Of a stretch of 33,971 nucleotides of DNA, positions 29,579 through 33,971 are shown in pieces. The notes under the pieces were generated by a model. The model saw only the letters and a list, made by a program, of their open reading frames with translations, ran no database searches and had not been told where the DNA came from. Within the stretch, counting starts at the first letter, position 1, and each line of letters begins with the position of its first letter. The DNA is taken from positions 1-33,971 of the forward strand of contig DATGTG010000143.1 of NCBI GenBank assembly GCA_035301965.1. Reading direction: 5' to 3'. A program made the translations under genes and the position numbers. This stretch comes from Wenzhouxiangella sp. Lineage in GTDB: Bacteria; Pseudomonadota; Gammaproteobacteria; Xanthomonadales; Wenzhouxiangellaceae.

Positions 29579-31669
29579 ATGAAGAAATCGTTTTTACTGG
29601 CGCTGGCCGCCGGTTTGGGCGTGTCCCTGACTGCCATGGCGGATACTGATCCGTGGCTGTGGCTTGAACGGGTCGAAGGCGCCAATGCGCTGGCCTGGGC
29701 CCAGGGACAAAACGAGCGCTCCCTGGATGAAATCAGGGCGCATCCACAGTTTGAGCCTGTCCATCAGCGTGCGCTTGAAATCCTGACCTCCGACGAGCGC
29801 ATTGATTACCCGGGCCTGATCAACGGCGAGGTCTACAATTTCTGGCGCGATGACAAGCACGTGCGCGGCATATGGCGCAAGACCAGCCTTGAAAGCTACA
29901 GTTCCGGCCGCCCCGACTGGGATGTCATCATTGACCTTGACGAGCTGGCCGACCAGGAAGACAAGAATTGGGTCTGGGCCGGGGCCAGCTGTCGCCACCC
30001 CGACTACGACCGCTGCATTGTCAGCCTTTCAATCGGTGGCGCCGATGCCGCCGTCAGCCGCGAGTTCGACCTGAACACGCGCGATTTTGTCGAAGGCGGC
30101 TTCGTGCTTGATGAATCAAAAAGCGCCCTTGCGTGGCGGGATCTTGACAGCGCCTTTGTCGGCCCCGCCTTTGAGGATGGCGATGTGACCGATTCGGGCT
30201 ACCCGCGCACTGTCAGGCTCTGGCGTCGTGGCACCGATCTTTCCGACGCGGTCACGGTGTTTGAAGGTGAAAGGAGTGATGTCGCGGTTCGCGGCATGCG
30301 CATTCACGATGGTGATGAGCATTTCGATGTCATCGTGCGTTCACCGGGTTTTTTCACTCGTGAATACCACCTGTATACCGATGACCAGGTGCAGCGCATT
30401 CATGTGCCCGATGATGCGCAGCTGGTTGGTGTAATTGACGGGCAGCTGCTGATTGCGCTCAAGTCCGACTGGACCGTCAACGGCAAGACCTATCCCCAAG
30501 GCGCGCTGGTGGCCAGCGACCTGAGTGAGTTTCTGGAGCCGGAGCCGGCATTCGAGGTGCTGCTGCAGCCCGGCGAGCGCCAGGCGGTCAACGGCGTGTC
30601 GACCACCGAAAATGTGGTTTTGGTCAACCTGCTTGACAACGTCCGCGGGCGGCTGCTGAGCTTTGTTCACGATGAGGACGGCTGGCATCAGGATGAGATT
30701 GAGGTTCCCGAAATGGGCAGCGTGGGCGTGGTCTCGACCGACGACAAGTCGGATCGCTTCTTTTACACATTTACCGGCTTTCTGACGCCTGCAACCCTGT
30801 ATGAGGCCGATGCGGCCAGCGGCACCAGCACCAAGGTGCGAGCGGAACCCGCCTGGTTTGATTCCGAAGGCATGGACGTGGTCCAGCACGAGGCCCAATC
30901 GGCCGATGGCGAGATGATCCCTTACTTTGTGGTGACGCCGCCCAACTTCGAGGCAGACGGCAGCAATCCCACCCTGCTGACCGCCTATGGCGGCTTTGAA
31001 ATTGCCCGCACGCCTTATTATTCCGGCGTCACCGGAAGCGCCTGGCTTGAACAGGGCGGCGTGCTGGTGCTGGCCAATATTCGCGGCGGAGGCGAATTCG
31101 GGCCGCGCTGGCATCATGCCGCGCTCAAGGAGAACCGCCAGCGTGCCTATGACGACCTCATTGCCGTGTCCGAGGATCTTGTTGCCCGCAACATCACCTC
31201 GCCCCAGCATTTGGGCATTCAGGGCGGCTCCAACGGCGGGCTGCTGGTGGGTGCGGTCATGGTCCAGCGTCCTGACCTGTTCAACGCCGTGGTTTGCCAG
31301 GTGCCGCTGCTTGACATGAAGCGTTTTCACAAGCTGCTGGCCGGCGCCAGCTGGATGGGCGAATACGGCAATCCCGACGACCCCGAACAGTGGGCGTACA
31401 TCAGCAAATACTCGCCTTATCAGAATGTCCGCGAGGACGCCGAATATCCGCGCGCATTGTTCACCACCTCGACCCGTGATGACCGGGTGCATCCGGGCCA
31501 TGCGCGCAAGATGGTGGCCAGAATGCTTGACCAGGGCCACGATGTTCTCTACTACGAAAATATCGAGGGTGGCCACGGCGGCGCAGCCAACCTCAAGCAG
31601 CAGGCTTTTCTCTCAGGGCTGGTCTACGCCTACCTGCACGAGCGGCTGGGGCCGACTGACGAGGACTGA
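29579..31669 (+). CDS. Prolyl oligopeptidase family (S9A) serine peptidase, secreted
   Basis: Signal peptide; DPWLWLE, YGGF, ANIRGGGEFG, GGSNGGLL (Ser), DDRVHP (Asp), EGGHG (His). Confidence 0.93.
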   Translation: MKKSFLLALAAGLGVSLTAMADTDPWLWLERVEGANALAWAQGQNERSLDEIRAHPQFEPVHQRALEILTSDERIDYPGLINGEVYNFWRDDKHVRGIWRKTSLESYSSGRPDWDVIIDLDELADQEDKNWVWAGASCRHPDYDRCIVSLSIGGADAAVSREFDLNTRDFVEGGFVLDESKSALAWRDLDSAFVGPAFEDGDVTDSGYPRTVRLWRRGTDLSDAVTVFEGERSDVAVRGMRIHDGDEHFDVIVRSPGFFTREYHLYTDDQVQRIHVPDDAQLVGVIDGQLLIALKSDWTVNGKTYPQGALVASDLSEFLEPEPAFEVLLQPGERQAVNGVSTTENVVLVNLLDNVRGRLLSFVHDEDGWHQDEIEVPEMGSVGVVSTDDKSDRFFYTFTGFLTPATLYEADAASGTSTKVRAEPAWFDSEGMDVVQHEAQSADGEMIPYFVVTPPNFEADGSNPTLLTAYGGFEIARTPYYSGVTGSAWLEQGGVLVLANIRGGGEFGPRWHHAALKENRQRAYDDLIAVSEDLVARNITSPQHLGIQGGSNGGLLVGAVMVQRPDLFNAVVCQVPLLDMKRFHKLLAGASWMGEYGNPDDPEQWAYISKYSPYQNVREDAEYPRALFTTSTRDDRVHPGHARKMVARMLDQGHDVLYYENIEGGHGGAANLKQQAFLSGLVYAYLHERLGPTDED

Positions 31670-31719
31670 AAGCAGCGCGCTTCAAGCTGCCGTTGATGAT
31701 TCCGCCGGCATTGGCGGTC

Positions 31720-31754
31720 AAGAATGCCCGGCCCGGTCGCCGGGCATTCTTTGT
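31720..31754 (+). terminator. Strong hairpin after the peptidase gene, probable terminator
   Basis: AAGAATGCCCGGC-CCGGTC-GCCGGGCATTCTT, perfect 13-bp stem with a short U tract. Confidence 0.6.
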
Positions 31755-31767
31755 CCCAAAAAAGACT

Positions 31768-31796
31768 GGAACTTTAGCGCTGCAAAAAGAGTCATA
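31768..31796 (+). promoter_or_regulatory. sigmaE (RpoE)-type promoter for rpoH
   Basis: GGAACTT-N16-GTCATA, close to the GGAACTT-N16-GTCAAA consensus; rpoH has a sigmaE promoter in E. coli and Pseudomonas. Confidence 0.75.
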
Positions 31797-31835
31797 GCAG
31801 ACGTGCAGTCGAATTGGTACCAAATCAATACTGAT

Positions 31836-31864
31836 TTGTTTGGGAAGTGCCATTTTGATATAAT
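31836..31864 (+). promoter_or_regulatory. sigma70-type promoter for rpoH
   Basis: TTGTTT-N17-TATAAT with TG extended -10. Confidence 0.7.
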
Positions 31865-31891
31865 TTGCAGCTGGACAAGGAGGACGTCTGA

Positions 31892-32749
31892 ATGAGCAAG
31901 CAGCTTGTACCCTCACATTTTTTGGCACCAGCCGGAACCGGTTCCCTTGATGAGTACATGCAGGAGGTCAACCGCATTCCGATACTCACCCTGGAGCAGG
32001 AGCAGAGCCTGGCCCGCCGCTATCGCGACGAGGAAGACCTGGACGCGGCTCGCCGACTGGTCATGTCGCATCTGCGCTTTGTGGTGCACGTGGCGCGCGG
32101 CTATTCCGGCTACGGTTTGCAGGTGGCCGATCTGATCCAGGAAGGCAACATCGGCCTGATGAAGGCGGTCAAGCGTTTTGACCCCGACCGGGGCGTGCGC
32201 TTGGTGTCGTTTGCGGTGCACTGGATCCGCGCCGAGATTCATGAGTTTGTGCTGCGCAATTGGCGCATCGTCAAGGTGGCCACCACCAAGGCCCAGCGCA
32301 AGCTGTTCTTCAACCTGCGCCGCCAGAAAAAAAGCCTGGGCTGGCTCAACCAGGACGAAGTCAACGCCGTGGCCGAACATCTTGACGTCAAGCCGGAAGT
32401 GGTCATGGAAATGGAATCGCGTCTGTCGGGCCGTGATATCGGCTTTGACATGTCGAGCGACGATGACGATTCAAACTATGTCGCCCCTGAAGCCTGGCTG
32501 CAGGGCATTTCAGCCGCGCCAGACGAAGTGGCCGAGGCCGAAGACTGGGAACAGCACCATCACAGCCTGCTTTTTGACGGGATTGAAAATCTTGATGACC
32601 GCTCGCGCGACATTATCCAGAGCCGCTGGCTGATGGACCCGCGCACCACGTTGCAAACCCTGGCCGACAAGTACGACATTTCCGCCGAACGCGTGCGCCA
32701 GCTTGAGGCCGCCGCGCTCAAAAAGCTCAAGGCGCGCTTCGAGGCGTAG
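31892..32749 (+). CDS. rpoH: RNA polymerase sigma factor RpoH (sigma32)
   Basis: [14 protein letters not shown], RpoH box [21 protein letters not shown]; 285 aa. Confidence 0.98.
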   Translation: MSKQLVPSHFLAPAGTGSLDEYMQEVNRIPILTLEQEQSLARRYRDEEDLDAARRLVMSHLRFVVHVARGYSGYGLQVADLIQEGNIGLMKAVKRFDPDRGVRLVSFAVHWIRAEIHEFVLRNWRIVKVATTKAQRKLFFNLRRQKKSLGWLNQDEVNAVAEHLDVKPEVVMEMESRLSGRDIGFDMSSDDDDSNYVAPEAWLQGISAAPDEVAEAEDWEQHHHSLLFDGIENLDDRSRDIIQSRWLMDPRTTLQTLADKYDISAERVRQLEAAALKKLKARFEA

Positions 32750-32773
32750 CCGAAGCAAACAGTTTGCCTGAAC

Positions 32774-32804
32774 AAAAAAGGGAGCCGCTGTGCTCCCTTT
32801 TTTT
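32774..32804. terminator. Bidirectional intrinsic terminator after rpoH
   Basis: AAAAAAGGGAGC-CGCTGT-GCTCCCTTTTTTT. Confidence 0.9.
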
Positions 32805-33109
32805 ATGCCCCGGCACGGGCGCACTCCTGCATCTGCAAGTTCTGCCACCGACTTGACCTGATTTCGGAGCCGGCGACGACAAGCCAAGGCTGTAGCGGAC
32901 ACCACTGGCCTTGTGGCAGCTTCTTGCCCTGGTCGTCAGACCCGGATTCCGTGCAGCTTCGGACCGGCCTTCATGCACCTTGCGCTGCGCGTTTGCCGCA
33001 GCGGATCCTTCAGGTTTGGCTGGGTTGTGACGGTGGTCCGGGGCCGCGGATTGGCGTAGGGAGCCGTCACATTGATGTCATGAGAAGACCGGCCCGAACT
33101 GTGATCTGG

Positions 33110-33330
33110 CATGCTGTGATGTCGGCAACGGCTGGAGCGCGTTCCGTTTGAGGACGGATCGCGGGCTTGCCTGGGCGATGGTCGCGCTGCTCGCCATTGC
33201 GGCAAATTTCCCGGGAAATGGTGGCTGGACTGTCATCCAGTGCGCAAGCAATTTTTCTGACAGCACGCCCAGTACGCAACATGGCCCAAATCTGGTAATG
33301 TTTCTCTCAGGTGAGGTGCGGATAGCTCAT
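33110..33330 (-). pseudogene. IS30-family transposase fragment (N-terminal HTH only)
   Basis: MSYPHLT*EKHYQIWAMLRTGRAVRKIACALDDSPATISREICRNGEQRDHRP; in-frame TGA at 33309-33307, probable frameshift after HRP, no DDE domain. Confidence 0.8.
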
Positions 33331-33422
33331 CGTGCAACTCCAGCGTGGTGGTTAGAGTGCCGATGCTGGCGCACCTCACCTCCAACCAATCAGTGGCGTT
33401 GCGCTTCGCGGTTGAATCCAGG
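33110..33422 (-). mobile_element. IS30-family insertion sequence remnant (left end plus transposase N-terminus); the 33110 boundary is approximate
   Basis: Minus-strand CCTGGATTCAACCGCGAAGCGCAACG (33422-33397) resembles IS30-family terminal repeats (GATTCAA...CGCAAC) and is followed by a transposase-like HTH start. Confidence 0.75.
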
Positions 33423-33487
33423 GTATCTGGCACCAAGCAAGATTTTTATTGCTCCGCCTGCCTCGCAAAAATGCGGTGACCCGGAGT

Positions 33488-33971
33488 TCAGGGTGTTTTG
33501 GGGGTGCCCACCAGCGATGGCTCCGGTTCCAGCGCTACGCCAAAGTGCGTTTGGATATCACCCTGAATGGCCCGGGTCAGCGCAACCAGCTCTTTGCCGC
33601 TGGCGCCGCCGTGGTTGACCAGCACCAGGGCGTGGTTTTTATAGACGCCAGCCTGGCCTATGCGGCGTCCCTTCCAGCCCAATTGTTCGATCATCCAGCC
33701 GGCGGCCAGCTTGATTTTTCCGCCTGTTTGCGGCCAGTGGGGCAGGGCGGGGTGCTCGCCAATGATTTTCAGCGCCTGCTTGCGTTCGACCAGCGGGTTT
33801 TTGAAAAAGCTGCCGGCATTGGGCAGGCGGGCCGGGTCGGGCAGGCGGTGGCGGCGCAGGCGCATGACGGCAGCGGCCAGCTGACGCGCTGTCGGGTTTT
33901 GTGTGCCCTGTTTTTGCAGTGCATTGGCGAGGCTGGCGTAGCCGGTATTGGGTCGGAAGGCTCTGGACAGG
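33488..33971 (-). CDS. murB: UDP-N-acetylenolpyruvoylglucosamine reductase, C-terminal part (partial, runs off window end)
   Basis: LPDP..LPNAGSFFKNP, KLAAGWMIE, HALVLVNHG, FGVALEPEP; frame open to the window end. Confidence 0.96.
   Translation of the reverse strand, partial: LSRAFRPNTGYASLANALQKQGTQNPTARQLAAAVMRLRRHRLPDPARLPNAGSFFKNPLVERKQALKIIGEHPALPHWPQTGGKIKLAAGWMIEQLGWKGRRIGQAGVYKNHALVLVNHGGASGKELVALTRAIQGDIQTHFGVALEPEPSLVGTPKTP

Noticed and set aside
30341-31576. 411-aa antisense ORF in the peptidase gene, and similar shadow ORFs over rplB, rpsC, DUF885, ribB and lpoA
   Set aside because: Shadow frames of well-supported genes with no independent evidence.
33307-33309. In-frame TGA in the transposase as selenocysteine or programmed readthrough
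   Set aside because: The gene is also frameshifted and truncated; simple decay explains it.
32805-33320. SRP RNA, 6S RNA, glycine or c-di-GMP riboswitch, or group II intron end
   Set aside because: Only isolated short words match (TCAGGT, GGCAAAC, GAGCCGT); the required neighbouring motifs are missing.
32924-33618. Short ORFs 32924-33151, 32936-33205, 33148-33618 and 33233-33436
   Set aside because: No homology-like motifs; they overlap the IS remnant or murB.
1-33971. CRISPR arrays, tRNA/rRNA genes, prophage, defence or toxin-antitoxin systems
   Set aside because: No repeat-spacer arrays, cloverleaf motifs or relevant proteins seen; nearly all sequence is accounted for by housekeeping genes.

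Overview
A GC-rich gammaproteobacterial chromosomal window made up almost entirely of housekeeping genes. Positions 1-13.9 kb hold the end of tuf and a complete, uninterrupted S10-spc-alpha ribosomal protein cluster (rpsJ to rplQ, with secY, rpmJ and rpoA). Next come an MsbA-related ABC transporter, a YSC84/SYLF lipoprotein, a DUF885 lipoprotein and an isolated phosphomannomutase. These are followed by the glyA-nrdR-ribD-ribE-ribBX-ribH-nusB-thiL-pgpA cluster, yraN-lpoA, a secreted prolyl oligopeptidase, rpoH and the 3' part of murB. The only accessory DNA is a decayed IS30-family fragment and an unexplained hairpin-rich stretch between rpoH and murB. I found no convincing new multi-gene system. 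The most notable details are regulatory or small-scale: sigmaE and sigma70 promoters plus palindromes at rpoH, direct repeats flanking the alpha-operon promoter, a duplicated terminator after rplQ, a start-sequestering inverted repeat in the IS30 remnant, a non-catalytic-looking RibX domain, and an E-to-K change in the conserved S4 motif. All calls come from recognising motifs by eye; no searches were run.
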